From Centroscyllium fabricii (lineage: Eukaryota): DNA of 64,000 bases. Both the position numbers and the translations under genes were made by a program. The stretch lies in the NCBI GenBank assembly GCA_051313645.2, contig JBNRSN020000014.1, positions 8,370,001 to 8,434,000 on the forward strand. The letters are read 5' to 3'. Below the pieces are notes generated by a model that worked only from the letters and a program-made list of their open reading frames with translations, had not been told where the DNA came from and made no database searches. Of this stretch, positions 1-13,929 are shown piece by piece (the stretch's first letter is position 1; every line of letters starts with the position of its first letter).

Positions 1-1544
1 AAATAAATTGACATGCTTTACAGCAAGAAACGGTGGCGCCGCTGAGCGGCTGCTCCGCAAACTGAAGACCGCCGGTTTCAATTCGTGCCGGACCACTGAA
101 GGTGCCGGACCATCGGGTGCCGGGTTACTGGTGCTCAAACCTGTACTATCAATGTAATAATAAGATAACTATAGAATAATAATGAATTAACTGTTATTAA
201 ATCTGTTATGATCATTGCTTTCTCTGGGCCTGGGTGGAATGTTTACATAGAGGTGGGCGATTGACACAATGGACAATGTAACCATGGCACTCGCTGTCAA
301 TATATAGACTGATGCAGGAAAAACATCCCTTCAACAGTTCAGACTGCACATAATTTACAGCAATATATCCGTAACTTGCTCCCCAAATGATCTGCCTATT
401 GTAGACTGTGCAGTCCATGAGCTGTAGACTGGTGCACCAACACAAAGAGTGACAGGGCAAAGGGTTCCGATGGACAATGAGTTCCCATGTTGTCAAGGGA
501 AGTTGCCAAACTGCAGGCACATCGCCAGAGAATTGCACGGAGAACCTAACCTGCGGCAACCTCAATCTAAGTGCTAGCTGTAGAGGCCTATGTACTGCCC
601 AAGGGAATGGCTATAAGATGAAAAGGAACATTTCCCCCCTCTAATTAACAGGATTGATTAATTTGCATACACACCATTTATTAGTGTGGTGCCACCACAA
701 TGACTACATCAGTCACTGAGGTGGGTCCCACCAGTGCGGGGGAACCGAAGTCATTCACATTTCAGCAAGAAGCAATCCAGCTGTGCCATCAGGCGCAGGC
801 GGTCTAGTAGAGGGCGAGGTTGGGAAGGTCAGTGAGTGATTCACCAACAGCTGCTCTTGCGCTTTCTAGCAGCCGGTTACAGGGTGGCATGGGGGCAGCT
901 CGCCCGCCACCCCGCCTCTCAGATGTGGTAGAGGGCACGACAGGGGGTGGGAAAACATTTATTTATTTTTGATGTGGCTAACTTAGCCAGCGGTGAGTTA
1001 TCAAGGGCTGCATGTGTGACACCTCATGGGCGCCAGATAATCTGCGCACGCGGACGAGACCTAAAGTCTGCGATAGACACACCAGGTACATGATCCTGTG
1101 TTATTCCTGTAAACTGTCAGAGTCTTACAGCTCTGTTTGTAAACACGTAGCAAGATGATATCGTCTGTGATTTAACCTGTGCCAGGAAAGGGCCATCGAA
1201 TTGCCTGCATGTCATGATGCAACGGGCAGCGATGACGATGATGTTGTGAGCGCTTTAATTTCACTCCCCCAGAAATCCCCTTTCAAATTTGTTAAGGTCT
1301 AAGTTAACGAAAGAAGCTAGAGGGCAGGTGAGGAAAACAAAGCTCTTGTTGGGGAGGGGTGACAATGCGCTGGGCCGTTACTAGGCAATCATCTACCTTT
1401 GCTCCTCTCCTGAAGGAACTGACTCCATTCTCAGTTAAGACTCAGTCGCCCTCAGTTACCTCACCCAAGTGGCCAAAACTCATCTGTGAGCCTAGAACGG
1501 TGTCGGCAGATTTGACTGTGGGAGCCATCACAGCTAAGTTCAAT

Positions 1545-1830
1545 CCTACCACCTAGAAGGACAAGGGCAGCAGGCGCATGAGAACACCACCACCTCCAAG
1601 GTCTCCTCTAAGTCACGCACCATCCTGATTTGCAAATATATCGGCCGATCCTTCATCGTTGCTGGGTCAAAATCCTGGAACTCCCTCCCTAGCAGCGCTG
1701 TGGGAGCACCTTCACCACACGGACTGCAGCGGTTCAAGAAGGCGGCTCATCACCACCTTCTCAAGGGCAATTAGGGATGGGCAATAAATGCCGGCCTTGC
1801 CAGCGATGGCCAATGGATGAATAAAAAAAA
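1545..1830 (+). mobile_element. CR1-type LINE 3' fragment (shark family)
   Basis: ccaccttctcaagggcaattagggatgggcaataaatg...gaataaaaaa 3' end. Related copies at about 6010-6422, 7910-8047, 22290-22595 (+) and 9360-9430 (-). Confidence 0.75.
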
Positions 1831-2459
1831 AATCCTGTTCTCACTTGATATCCAGTTCCAGGAGCCAGTTACTGCCATAGTGAACAGATGTGGAATCTGG
1901 GTAATTACCCCCTTCCCAACCAGGAGCAATATGGCCAATTGTAACATCTCAGCTGCCACCTAGATCAGCATACACCAAGGCATTGAACCTGGCACCATCC
2001 CAATCTGTGTGGCTCCGCTGCTCACTGGATAATCACCCAGTGGCCAGGTGCAGCTTAATGTTGACGGAACCCAGTCATTCAAACTGTGGGAAGAGATAAC
2101 AGTACAGGTGGAAACTTGGCTCAGTGTCATGTTTTGGGGGTTAATGCTTCATATTTCTCAATGTTTTAACCCGGTGGGGTGTCGGACCTGCTTGGGTTTG
2201 TGGTTCCGTGCCATCATGTCAAGATATTAAATATAAAAGAAAATCCCAACAATGGAATATCACACTTGAAATGAAATAATGTTGGAGCACTGATGGGTCG
2301 AGAAGAAATTGGCGCTAATGCAACAGGTGAGACCACAACTTATGTCCACCAGGCAAGTGCTTTCTCATTTAATAGTTTTTTGGTCAGTTTTTTGTTTGTT
2401 TGAGGTGAGAGATATTAGCACTGAGGACAGGAACACTGTTGGACTTTTCAACCAGTGAC

Positions 2460-2858
2460 AGAGTTCAACAATTTCAGATCATAACCTCGGCCCCATCACA
2501 TATTTATATATATATATATATATACACCTGTATATATTTTCTCCTTTTTTTTAATCCACACTTTCGTCTGGGCGTTTTTCTTCTCTGCCAGAGCCGTTCA
2601 CACATCGTGCGTTCCTTCAATTTCTCTCAATGTCTCTTAATCTCCCCGCCTTCTATCCTATTGCTGATCTTTCCTTTGTTCTTTCAGCCCCTCCCCCTTT
2701 CCCCAGCCCCCACTCGCTTTAAAATCTATCCCCCCTCTCCTGTTTTTTTCTCCAGTTCTGACGAAAGGTCTTCGACCTGAAACGTTAACTCTGTTTCTCT
2801 CTCCACCGATGCTGCCTGGCCTGCTGAGTTTTTCCAGCGTTTTCTGTTGTTATTTCAG
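2460..2858 (+). mobile_element. Penelope-like element 3' end / pseudo-LTR fragment
   Basis: Begins with gagttcaacaatttcagatcataa, the end of the GIY-YIG ORF also seen at 11400 and 39460. Followed by a pyrimidine-rich UTR, a hammerhead motif and the tail gatgctgcctggcctgctgagtttttccagc. Confidence 0.8.
2754..2790 (+). ncRNA. Minimal type I hammerhead ribozyme motif (PLE-associated)
   Basis: agtt-CTGACGA-a-AGGTC-ttc-GACCT-GAAAC-GTT-aact: CUGANGA and GAAA cores, stem II AGGTC/GACCT, palindromic ACGT stem III, stem I agtt/aact. Confidence 0.7.
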
Positions 2859-4257
2859 TATCAAGAGACCCCAGGTCATGCACAATAGATGCAGAGTAAC
2901 AACGGGCCGGAACCCTAACCTAAGAACAGCCTTTCTACCACACCACTCTGATTCTTCACAGGGTTGTACACCAGCCACCGTATGATTTCTGAGTGAGATT
3001 GCCAATTACTACATCATTATAGGAAGTTTGGACCTGCACTTGTTAGAAACTGGCCTTCGGACTCGCCACAAACCTCATTTCACAAAGGACCTGTGCAATC
3101 AACAGAAAGAGGAGACTTTCAACCACTTCGTCTGAGCTAGATTTCGATCCTGATCCCAGAGATTAGAGGGCAGCGTCCTGAATGGCTGTGTCACTCAGCC
3201 TACCAACGTGAAAGGACTTTAAGTGATGCATTTTGACCCTTGGGCATCACGGTGCATTTTAGTGTATAAGGCGACCACTCAGCAATGTAACAGTTATTGA
3301 AGCATTATTGGGAGTACATACATAACGGCAGCCTGAGCTTAAACCATCATTCAGTCCTGAACCTTTTTGACATAATGAACCATTTACACAACAATTGTTC
3401 AGATCCTCTGCAACAACAATGTTCTAAGTTGACAAACAATGAGACACTACCTCCATTAACACAAATAATATTTAAAATATGAGATTGTAAAAGGAGTCGG
3501 ACACACAGGAACCCTCAGTACAATCGCACCTCCTTGCAACAGCAGGGACTGTAGTCTTCCTCGATTCCTTATTCCAGTTGAAGTCAGTTCGCTTCCCTCA
3601 AGGATGTTGATGATCCCTCGATGTGTTGGTGGTGCCATCTGTGATGGGGGTCGGGGAAGAGCCTAGAAACAGCTGGTCACCGACTCACAGAAAACATTGG
3701 GGAGCAGAAACAGGAATGAAAAGCCTTTAAAGTTGATGGAGGTGCAGCAGTGGATGCAACGAGCTTGGACAGGTACAACCATGTGTTGGCAAACCAGGTC
3801 ATTCCGGGACTGCCAGATCGGCAATTTCAGCACACGTGCATCCACTGTTGCTCAAAGACAGAATATTCTCGGATTGTATCTCACCGGAATACACACACGA
3901 GGATTTGATCATTCCACACTTGCATTAACATACTAGGCTTGCAACAAACTCTTTCTCGACAATGCAACATAATTTAGCCACTGCATCGTACGTCCCAGCA
4001 ACTCCGAGAGCATTCCTTAGGTATCTCAATACTGACATTGCAACTAGATTTCTTTGACATACATGTATCAGTTTTTTCAATTTGTTTAAAAATGTATCCA
4101 TGTTTTATGCCTCACAAACTATTGCTTATGGTTATATGGTGCCCGAGGTATGATGCATTGGCATACAATAAAATATTTTCTATATATAAATCTAGAAATG
4201 ACTTGTTATTTCAGCAAACACTCAACACATTCAGATGACATTATTTTAAACAAGTTA

Positions 4258-4755
4258 CTAGAGAGGGTACAGAGGAGATTTACAAGGATGTTGCCAGGAC
4301 TGGAGAATTTTAGCTATGAGGAAAGATTGGAGAGGCTGGGGTTGTTTTCTTTGGAACAGAGGAGGCGGAGGGGAGACCTAATTGAGGTGTATAAAATTAT
4401 AAGGGGCCTTGATAGAGTGGATATGAAGGACCTATTTCCGTTAGCAGAGAAGTCAATAACCAGGGGGCAGAGATTTAAAGTAATTGGTAGAAGGATTTGA
4501 GGGAAGTTGAGGAGAACTTTTTCCATCCAGAGGGTGGTGGGGGTCTGGAACTCACTGCCTGAAGGGGTGGGAGAGGCAGAGACCCTCATCACATTTAAAA
4601 AGTACTTGGAGATGCGCTTGAAGTGCCGGAACCTACAGGGCTACGGACCAAGAGCTGGAAAGTGGGATTAGGCTGGAGAGCTCTTTGTCGACCGGCATGG
4701 ACACGATGGGCCGAATGGCCTCCTTCTGTGTCGTAAATTTCTATGGTTCTATGAT
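4258..4755 (+). mobile_element. CR1 LINE 3' fragment
   Basis: ORF2 C-terminus LERVQRRFTRMLPGL...RGDLIEVYKI, 3' UTR and ttctatg tail. Confidence 0.9.
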
Positions 4756-7471
4756 TAACACCTTTACAATAGTTGACGGAGGAATGTCACAGAAATGCAT
4801 CAAGTGTTTGGTCAGTATCAGAAGTCATTTCTAGGCTTGGATATTTAAAAGAACCCCTCAGCACATCAGACATGTTACAAAGAATGCCCTCTTATCCCAC
4901 TGCTACATGTTTCCGCTTCTTTCTTCAATTCAGCATTGGTAGAGCAGAGAGATGACAGACAGGGATCATGGAAAATGTTCCCGAATCCCAAAGGATGCAT
5001 TTCTGGGATTCTCCCTTCCTGCCCCAAACCCGTTATGTGTTCAAAGCCTTTTGACAGCTTTTATTGACAATGTCAGGTGTTAAAAGCCCTTCAGAGAAGC
5101 AGGTGCCTATTAACCTACCAACAGTTACCGTCTCATATTAGTCTTTACAAAATAGTTTTTTTTTCAGTAATCAAGTTTTTGTCAATTGTGAAATCAAACA
5201 GTAATAAAAAAAAGAACCTCCAACATGCTCAAAAGGAAGTGGGAAAGTCAACCTGCCTTCAGTGAACACTGCACCCAGTTTCCTTCATTCCTCTGCTTAG
5301 AAAAGGGAATAATTTGAATTTTGCACTTGTGTCAGTATTGCTACAGGTTAAGTGATGCCGGATTCAGATGATGCCGTTTTGTTGATCGTGGTGAGTGTCT
5401 GCCGATGATGAGGTCTGCAAAGTGATTTAAATTTTTGTAGAATATCAGAAACATTATTTTTGAAGATATCATTGTTTGTGTTGCTGTAAAGCATGGCATT
5501 TACTGTCCCTGTGAATCCTGATCTAGACTGACGTGAAGTTTTAAGAATTAGGAGTAGGAAGAGGCCATTCAGCTCCTGGAGCCTGCTCTGCCATAAGATC
5601 ACAGCTGATCTTCAACCTCAACTCCACTTTCTTGACTGATTTCTATATCCCTTGATTCCCCTAGAGTCCAAAAATCTATCTATCTCAGCCTTGAATATAC
5701 TCAACGACTCAGCCCTTTGGGGTAGAGAATTCCAAAGATTCACAACCCTCTGAGTGAAATGCAGAGGAAAGCTACCTTTGCTCTGCCCCTAGAAGGACAA
5801 GGGCATTCTGATTGTGTTTGTGCTGTAGGCTCCACAAGGAACTCGACTGAGACTGGACAAATTCATTTGACATTGGGGCCCTTGCAGCTTGTGGACAGAG
5901 GAGACTTTCATCACATTGATCTGAGGTGGATGTGAACAAAGGGCTCGGAGGTGAAAAGGCCAGAGATTTTACTAACTGTATCAGCTGGTCTCCATAACAT
6001 GCTTGATTGGCCCCCCATCCACCACCTTAAACATTCACTCCCTCCACCACCGGCGTACTGTGGCTGCAGTGTGTACCATCTACAAGATGCAACTGCAGCA
6101 ACTCGCCAAGGCTTCTTCGACACCTTCCAAACCTGCGACCTATACCACCTAGAATGACAAGGGCAGCAGGCACATGGTAACACCACCACCTGCAAGTTCC
6201 CCTCCAGGTCACACACCATCCTGACTTGGAAACATATCCTTCATCGTCACTGGGTCAAAATCCTGGAACTCCCTCCCTAACAGCACTGTGGGAGCACCTT
6301 CACCACACGGACTGCAGCGGTTCAAGGTGGCTCACCGCCACCTTCTCAAGGGCGATTAGGGATGGGCAATAAATGCCGGCCTTGCCAGCGACGCCCATAC
6401 CCTATGAACGAATAAAAAAAAAATATTTTTGGGCTATTCATTACCAGTAAATGAACAAGAGTGTGCCAGCAACCACACTCACTTGTGCAGTTGTAATGAT
6501 TGATCTTTACTCGGGGTGATCTTCCCATGGTACCCTGGCACACTGAGACATTCATGTCTGTAAGAGAAAATAAATTCTTGAAGCTCTTCTCGACAGCAAG
6601 AGCAGGGAAGGGCCAGAGGAGCTCTGTGGGTCGAAAAACAAATACAGCCCATGGGACTGTTCCAGAAACTCTTCTACAAATGTCTTTTGAACCAGCCCAC
6701 CCACCCCCTCATGCGCCCTAATCCTACCCCTTCCTTTTTACTGGCACAAACTACAAATTGCAATGCTGCGGATTATTTGTGGGTACAGTTCAATAGTCTA
6801 CACATGGCAGAGGTTGAGGGAAAGATTGTTCGCCATTGCGATGAAGAAAGATTGGGAGGATGGTTTAACTAATCTCTCTTGGCCTCTCATTCACCTACCA
6901 TTGATTACTATAGAGCTGCCCTGGCATAGGTCGGCCGGTTGTCAGGGTGGTGGTGGGGACGGGCGGGGGCGGCTGGTGAATGGGGTTTGGTGAATGGCAC
7001 GGAGAGGATAGGAGGAATATTAAAAACTGAAGTTGTGTGAACAGATTTATTGAAGGTAATTTCAAGAAGATTGCAAACAGTCCCTGCATCCTGATGCTTT
7101 TGTGATCTACAAATCTATTCATTGTGTACACTCAGAATACTACTGAGACCCCAGCTTTTAAAAACCTTTGCCCAATCGTCTCAAAACGGTGTGCCTTTGC
7201 AAGTTTATTATTTTCTTTGATCATGCTTATTAAGCTGGAAACCCACTGCACCATCCAGTCCTCAAACCGTGCAAGTTTAACAGGTTTGCAAAGGCCTTTG
7301 TGGCATTGGTACGGTAGCAGAGTGGTTATGTTATAGGCTTAGTAATCCAGAGGCTTGGACTAATTATCCAAGAGGCCTGAGTTCAAATCCCAACACGGCA
7401 GCTGGGGGAATTTATAATTCTGGAATTAAAAAGCTAGCATCAGTGGTTGACTCTTAACCATCGTCAGCAAT

Positions 7472-7860
7472 AGAAACATAGAAGATAGGAGCAGGAGTCG
7501 GCCATTCGGGCCTTCGAGCCATTCAATGAGATCATGGCTGATCATCCAAACCCAGCACCCCGCCCCTGCTCTCTCCCCATATCCCTCGATCCCTATCGAG
7601 CCTGCACCGACACATATCCCACCCTATCCCCGTAACCCCACATATTCAATCCCCCTAACACTGAGGGTCAATTTATCATGGCCAATCAACCTAACCCGCA
7701 CATCTTTGGACTGTGGGAGGAAACCGGAGCACCCGGAGGAAACCCACGCAGACACGGGGAGAATGTGCAAACTCCACACAGATAGTACCCGAGGCTGGAT
7801 TTGAACCTGGGTCTCCAGTGCTGTGAGACAACCGTGCTAACCACTGTGCCACCGTGCCGC
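7472..7860 (-). mobile_element. HE1-like V-SINE (tRNA-derived) with CR1-type tail
   Basis: tRNA head GGCACGGTGGCACAGTGGTTAGCAC...GGTTCAAATCC, V-domain GTGTGGAGTTTGCACATTCTCCCCGTGTCTGCGTGGGTTTCCTCCGGGTGCTCCGGTTTCCTCCCACAGTCCAAAGA, and a CR1 3' tail. Confidence 0.85.
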
Positions 7861-9359
7861 AATGGTCACTAGCAAGCCATTGCATTATAACAAACTGTTA
7901 CAACATGGTCAGCACTGTGGGAAGACCTTCACCACACGGATTGCAGCGGGTCAAGAAGGTGACTCACTGCCACCTTCTCAAAGGCAATTAGGGATGGGCA
8001 ATAACCGCCAGCCTTGCCTACATCCAGTGAACGGATAAATAAAAAAATCACTTCCCCACTATTAATTAATATGCAAATTGTATATTCATAATATCAAGGC
8101 GCCATAAAAGCTTAATTTGGCTCCCTTTCCTTCCCCCCTGAAAACTGTCACTGGGCTATCTGTTCCTTGGTGAATGGGAGCAAGGTTTCAGGTTAGCAGT
8201 TTGCAGCAATGTCTGTTGTGATGGACAACCAGTGAAGTGAGGTTACATTCTGGTTTAAAATGTGGGGAGTTTATTGTATCTTGCTTCTCCTGAATCCCTC
8301 ACATGCCCACAAAAAGAATCCACAAGATCCCTCTGACATTGCTTGATCTCCAATGATCTTCAAATAAAGCTGCAACTAATGTTTATCTGCAACTTGTGTG
8401 TCGGCCTTTTCCAAATCATAATTACGTCAAAATTGAGGCTGAATTTACCTAGTTATAGCTTGTTACCTCCCCGATTGCTATATTTAAAAAACAATCTTTT
8501 TCCATGTTTACAGTGTCCCTCTGGCTGTGAGTCACTGTGTGTGTCTATAATAGTCATCGATGGTGGCTGGGACACTGGGTGGGCAAAACTGGTTAGATTT
8601 TCAACTGTTGGAGGCCAGTAATATGCTACGGATTGATTGACCTCTATGGCAGGGTGGTGATTGCATTCGGCCAGTATGTTTGAATGTCATAACAGGGAGG
8701 CAACGGTAAAGGTGGAGTGTAGCAGTGCTGACGTGGGAATGTGAGGTGCACGGGAGAGGGGGAGGATGTGAAAGAATGTGAGGTGTATGGGAAACTGAGT
8801 GATTGTAAGGAAATGTGAGGTGCATGGGAGATAGGAAGAGGTGGTCAGGGGATATGAAGAGTGTGCGAGAGTGGAAGAGATTGTGAGGGAATATGAAGAG
8901 CGTGGGAAATTGAAGAGGATTATGAGGTCTTCAAAAAGACAATGAGAGGGGCAGTGTTAAAGATAGATTGGGAAGGTTAGCTGTGTAAGATAGAGGTTAC
9001 GAGTCTATCTCAGCAGATAATGTAAATGCTTTAGCAAGCTGATATTTGTGGTTGGATTGGAAATGGTAGATAAAGTAGCTAGATGGAGAAAAACTGATGT
9101 ATGGAGACACACAGTAAGACAGGCACACACAGACAGACAGATCGAAGTCTCAAATATGGTCTGGCATTGGCGGAGCTCACTCTTCTCTTGCAGGCTACTT
9201 GACACAATGCTTGCTCCTCTGCCCAGGAGAGCAGAACAGTCCAGAGTGTGGATTCCACTTAGGCCACTGACAGCAAACAAAAGCCGTCATATTCAAGTAG
9301 GGGGTGAGGCACCGCCAGTCTTCCCCTCCCCCACGGATACAATGATTCTTTTTTCAATT

Positions 9360-9742
9360 ATTCGTTCTTGGGATGTGGGCATCACTGGCATTTACTGCCC
9401 GTCCCTAGTTCTCCTGAGATGCTGATGTTGGGGCTTCTTCTTGAACCGCTCGCAGTTTGATACAACTGAGTGGCTTGCTTGGCCACTTCAGAGGGTAGTT
9501 AAGAGTCAACCACGTTGGTGCGGGACTGGAGTCACATATAGGCCCAAGACTGTAGAAAGATGGCAGGTTTCCTTCCCTATACAACTTTAGTGAACCAGTT
9601 GTCAGTGTCATGGTGATTTTTTTGCTCCAGGTTTTTTAAAACTGAATTCATATTCTCAAACTGCCCTGGTGAGATTTGAACTCAGGTCCTCTGGATTATT
9701 TGTCCAGGCCTCTGGATTAGCAGTTCAGTAACACAACCACTA
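9360..9742 (-). mobile_element. tRNA-derived SINE with CR1-like tail
   Basis: Head gtggttgtgttactgaactgctaatccagaggcctgg...gagttcaaatctcacc. The same family is on the + strand at about 7310-7460, where it is interrupted by the HE1 SINE. Confidence 0.65.
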
Positions 9743-11128
9743 CACTGGTGATGACTGGTGGAGGACCACACCCAACCGAGACAATATTGCCGTCCTTTTC
9801 CTTATAAACAGACGTGTAAAATGGCGGGACCTGCAAGGCCATTTCCTCATTGCCTGATGCACTTCATCTAATGGCTCGATATTTTCAGTGTAACTTGAAA
9901 GCAACATCAAAAACAAGGAAACAATGCCGACTGCGCGCTGCAGAAGATAATACGAGGAATTTCTTCCGCGTTGCGCTGTGCCGTCGTAACCTTGCCTGAG
10001 GTGCAGCGAAAACCCTGCAAATGGGGCAATGGCGGCAAAACATGCATAGCTCGGAGGAAGCTCCGGGCCAATAACTTCCGAAGCCGCATGGAGGTCACAC
10101 GGGAACAAACATGGTGGACTTTGACGGATTCTTTTTGTTTCCCAGCCGGCTATTGTTGCTGGTTCTAGAAATTTAGTTTCCTCAAAAAACAATCCCCTCA
10201 CGGATAATAGCCCCCCCTTCATAAAAACAAAGGTGTCACAGTGTTCAACGAATGCTGTGTCTTCCACATGCTAAATGAGCACAGCAGACAACACAGGTAA
10301 GAAATAAATAGACAACAAGAAACAGCAATGAATGTGGTAAATAGGAGTTCAGGCCACTCTCAGTACCTTTAGGCTCAAAACTTCCGGATCCCATATTTTA
10401 TGAGAGCATAGTTTTAAGGTATCAATAATACTCATTGCATTGGTCTAAAACTGATTTACATACTAGTTGGCTGTTAAAAATCTTTAAATCATATAAGTTG
10501 CACTGTCAGGTTTACAGATGACAAAAGCTCACAGAAACCTTGCAGTGCATGGCTCATTATAGACCTTTTAACAGAAGGATTCATTGACATTTCTTACCCA
10601 CAATGTTTTCCAAAGTGGGATTTAATTTTTCGGAAAGATTATAATCCAGAACTTAAAAAAAAACTAAAGAGAGAGTTGGTTGTAGATGGGTAAGAAATGC
10701 ACAATGGTATAGTTTAGCTGGTTGAATCGTTGGGGAGGGGTATTTTATGAGCAAATACTAACAGTGGGAATCTCCCCCGCTGCTAGCCCAGACTGGAACC
10801 TCCCAGGCGCGCTGACTGTGATTTGCACTCACGTTCAATATTCCTCACTGCCGGCGTGCACTCAGAAAACGCCCCCAGAATTTCAAAACGGCAGCAACTT
10901 TGGTAATCTTATTGCGGGATCACGTGAACAAAACAGATTCCCCGCTCCCATCCCCCCTCCCCCAGTTGTCTCCCCTTCTCCTCTGAAGGTGCTGATTCTG
11001 GGGTATGACTCACTGGGGTATCAAAGTACCTGTACCTTGCTCAAGAGGCCATTTTTACTGTGTGAGCCTAGATAGCACGTGTTGGGAGACTATTCAATCA
11101 TGGAGGAGCGGAGCCTGATTCTGATCCT

Positions 11129-11736
11129 AATACAAAAAGCAAAACACTGCGGATGCTGGAAATCTGAAATAGAAACAGAAAATGTGGGAAATACTCAATG
11201 TCAGGCAGCATCGGTGGAGAGAGAAACAGAGTTAACGTGACCCCGAGCTTCCGGTCGCCCGTCACTTTAATTCTCCGCTCCACTCCCACTCTGATCTCTC
11301 TGACCTCAGCCTCTTACGCTGTTCCAAAGAAGCTCAGCGTAAACTCGAGGAACAGATCTCATCTTTCGATTAGGCACTTTACAGCCTTCCGGACTCAATA
11401 TTGAGCTCAACAATTTCAGACCATAACCTCTGCCCTTTTTTTCAGACGGCAGCTGTTGCTGATTCTGCCGTTCCCATTTACACCTCTTCTAGACCCATCT
11501 CTTGTTTCTGTACTTGTCCCATTACCATCCCTTTTGTCATTTAATCTCTCCTGCCTTCCATCCTATCACACACCTTCCCTTTTGTTCTTTCCTCCCCTCC
11601 CCCCACACTTGCTTAAAATCTGTTACATCTCCAACTTTTTCCAGTTCTGACGAAGGGTCATCGACCAGAAACGTTGACTCTGTTTCTCTCTCCACGGATG
11701 CTGCCTGACCTGCCGAGTATTTTCAGCATTTTCTGT
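11129..11736 (+). mobile_element. Penelope-like element fragment with inverted 5' pLTR piece and 10-bp TSD
   Basis: 11135-11237 is an inverted copy of the element tail; 11238-11736 is the forward GIY-YIG C-terminus (DPELPVARHFNSP), UTR and hammerhead (11643-11679). Flanked by TTCTGATCCT at 11119-11128 and 11737-11746. Confidence 0.8.
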
Positions 11737-13929
11737 TTCTGATCCTGTTCCACACACATATATACTATTCCAGTAGGGATAGCAATCAGGAGCATCCTTC
11801 TTCGCTCCCTATTCCAGGGGCGCTGAGGGTCAACTGTAGCTCCTACTGCTGCCAGACTGAGATTAGATGAGTCTATATTTTGATTTGATTTGGAAGGACA
11901 GGTGCAGCAGCGACAGAATGCTGTGGCACGGGTTTGGTCTTGTGCCGCTTTTTTGCCTTCTCAGACATTCTCGCCAAGCGATGGCACTGAGCAAAATGTG
12001 GGTTTCTTCCTCCTTCAGCGAGGCAGGAAAATAAAATTCAAAGACCTCACTGCATCACCAGAACAGTCACAAAACAGAGGTCCTCAAACAGGCGCCTACT
12101 TCTCCTTTCTTTGCCTGGGAACCAGTACGTGATAGAAAGATACTTAAAGAGACGGGAGGGGAGGCGAAATATAAAATAACTATCCCGGAAGAAAATTTCA
12201 GAACACTCTTAAAGTGGATATCAGTCAGACTCTAATAATGTTGGGCTCCTGAATACAGAATAGGGACTGAATCTTATTGTCAGTGAAAATGATCAGTGTG
12301 ATGCCTTTAATTCACAGAAGGTATAGAATTTGTTTTATATACGTTTCTGAAATATAAGCCCCGAATGGAGAAACTGAGTATCTTGAAGAGTCATCTGTCT
12401 GGCAAGACCTTGCTCAATGAAAGACTTTCCTCTCATTGCCAAAGTTCAGTACAATAAACGGTATTACATATTGCCAAGCAATCCAGGCAGGAATTTGTTG
12501 CAAGCCTATTTATATTCCATACAGTAACATTCAGAAAATATTGGAGCAACAACACAATAAAATGTACTTCAAAATAAGGGCAGAGGACAGGATCCATCGA
12601 TCTCTGACAAAGCGAGCCACTGTCCAAAGATAAATTTAACACTAGGGTCACAAGCATATGTCCAGTGGGCTGACGGCTTTCTTGAAACAATCTTATTCAT
12701 AGTTTCTTGTGCAAAGTTTCTTTTTGTTGTGCTGGTGTTGAGGTACATGGTTCAAATATTTAGTTTGTGATACTGGGGTAAGATTTAAAGTGCCAGTTAC
12801 AATAGCTGTGTGGTCGATATGGGGCTATGCTACAGAACAGGTTTAACTGCGCACTGTTCAAGACCCTTTAAAAAAAAAAAGATGGTAAAATAAATTTATT
12901 TCACCTCATGTTTTGGGAACTGAAAAGAAGCGGATCCAGAGAGATGGTCAGCCGAAGGGGAAAGCCATGAAAGAGTCTCAGTTGGAGACTGGGCTATAAC
13001 TGCATTTTTTGTCAGACAGCTGGCACACTGTAGCAATTACAATTATTTCACAATTGATTTTCCATATTTTTGAAGTCAATATATGAATTGGAAATGTTTT
13101 TGTTCGTTTACTTGCATCCTGATTTCAAAAGTGATTTTGAGGATACTGTAAATCGAGTAGCTTTTTGTACCATTTCATAATGATCTCATGGCTGAGATTT
13201 TCGTGATGGCTCACTTCCTGTAGCAAAGGAATGGAGATTTAAAAAAAAAGATAAAACGAAGATTTCTTGATTTCTAGTTGTATCTGTAGGTTTCAGGACC
13301 TGCCCCTTCCCCATGTATCTGCTGCTAGCCAAAGATGCATTTTCCTGTTGTACTTCCGCATCTTAATCAGCACATTCCTATTAGCTCCTCCAGCGCTGGA
13401 ATATTTTAAGGGCAATTTTCTCTCCCAACTCCTGATGATGGTATTAGATGGTCTCCCCTCGTATTTATCCCTGCTGGGCGCCAGGCCAAGCTGGAGGCTA
13501 GGAGCTGGAAGGTACTGGCATGGCTGGTGCCACCGTTGAGCACACCAACCTTGGAGGAATCACTCCACTGAGGGGTTGGGGGTGAGAGGATATGATCCTT
13601 GCATGAGATTACCCCCCCACCCCGCACCCCCTACCCTTAGCCCCAGAGAACATAAACAGCCAATCGAGTGTGACGGAGTATGTAAAGAACAAAACTTTAC
13701 ACAAGAAAGGAGGTGAGGACAGGAGCCGGCAGCCCAGTGGATCAGAATGACAACGAACGGAAAGCTTTACAACTGAAGCTGGAGTATAGAATGCAGTCAA
13801 AACTTTACGAGATCACCTCCATTAAGATTCGACACTTGTGTATTTTGTAATTCTCTTTTTCCTGCTCTACCATCTTTCACATCTCAGGTAACAGTGACAT
13901 TACTGTTTGTACCTGCAGTGCCTTGTAAG

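Noticed and set aside
9740-10267. 175-aa minus-strand ORF
   Set aside because: No recognisable domain; it overlaps GC-rich sequence that looks like a DNA-transposon fragment.
1-13900. A neighbouring host gene downstream of CACNA1A
   Set aside because: I could not recognise any non-transposon coding exon, although short exons could be missed by eye.
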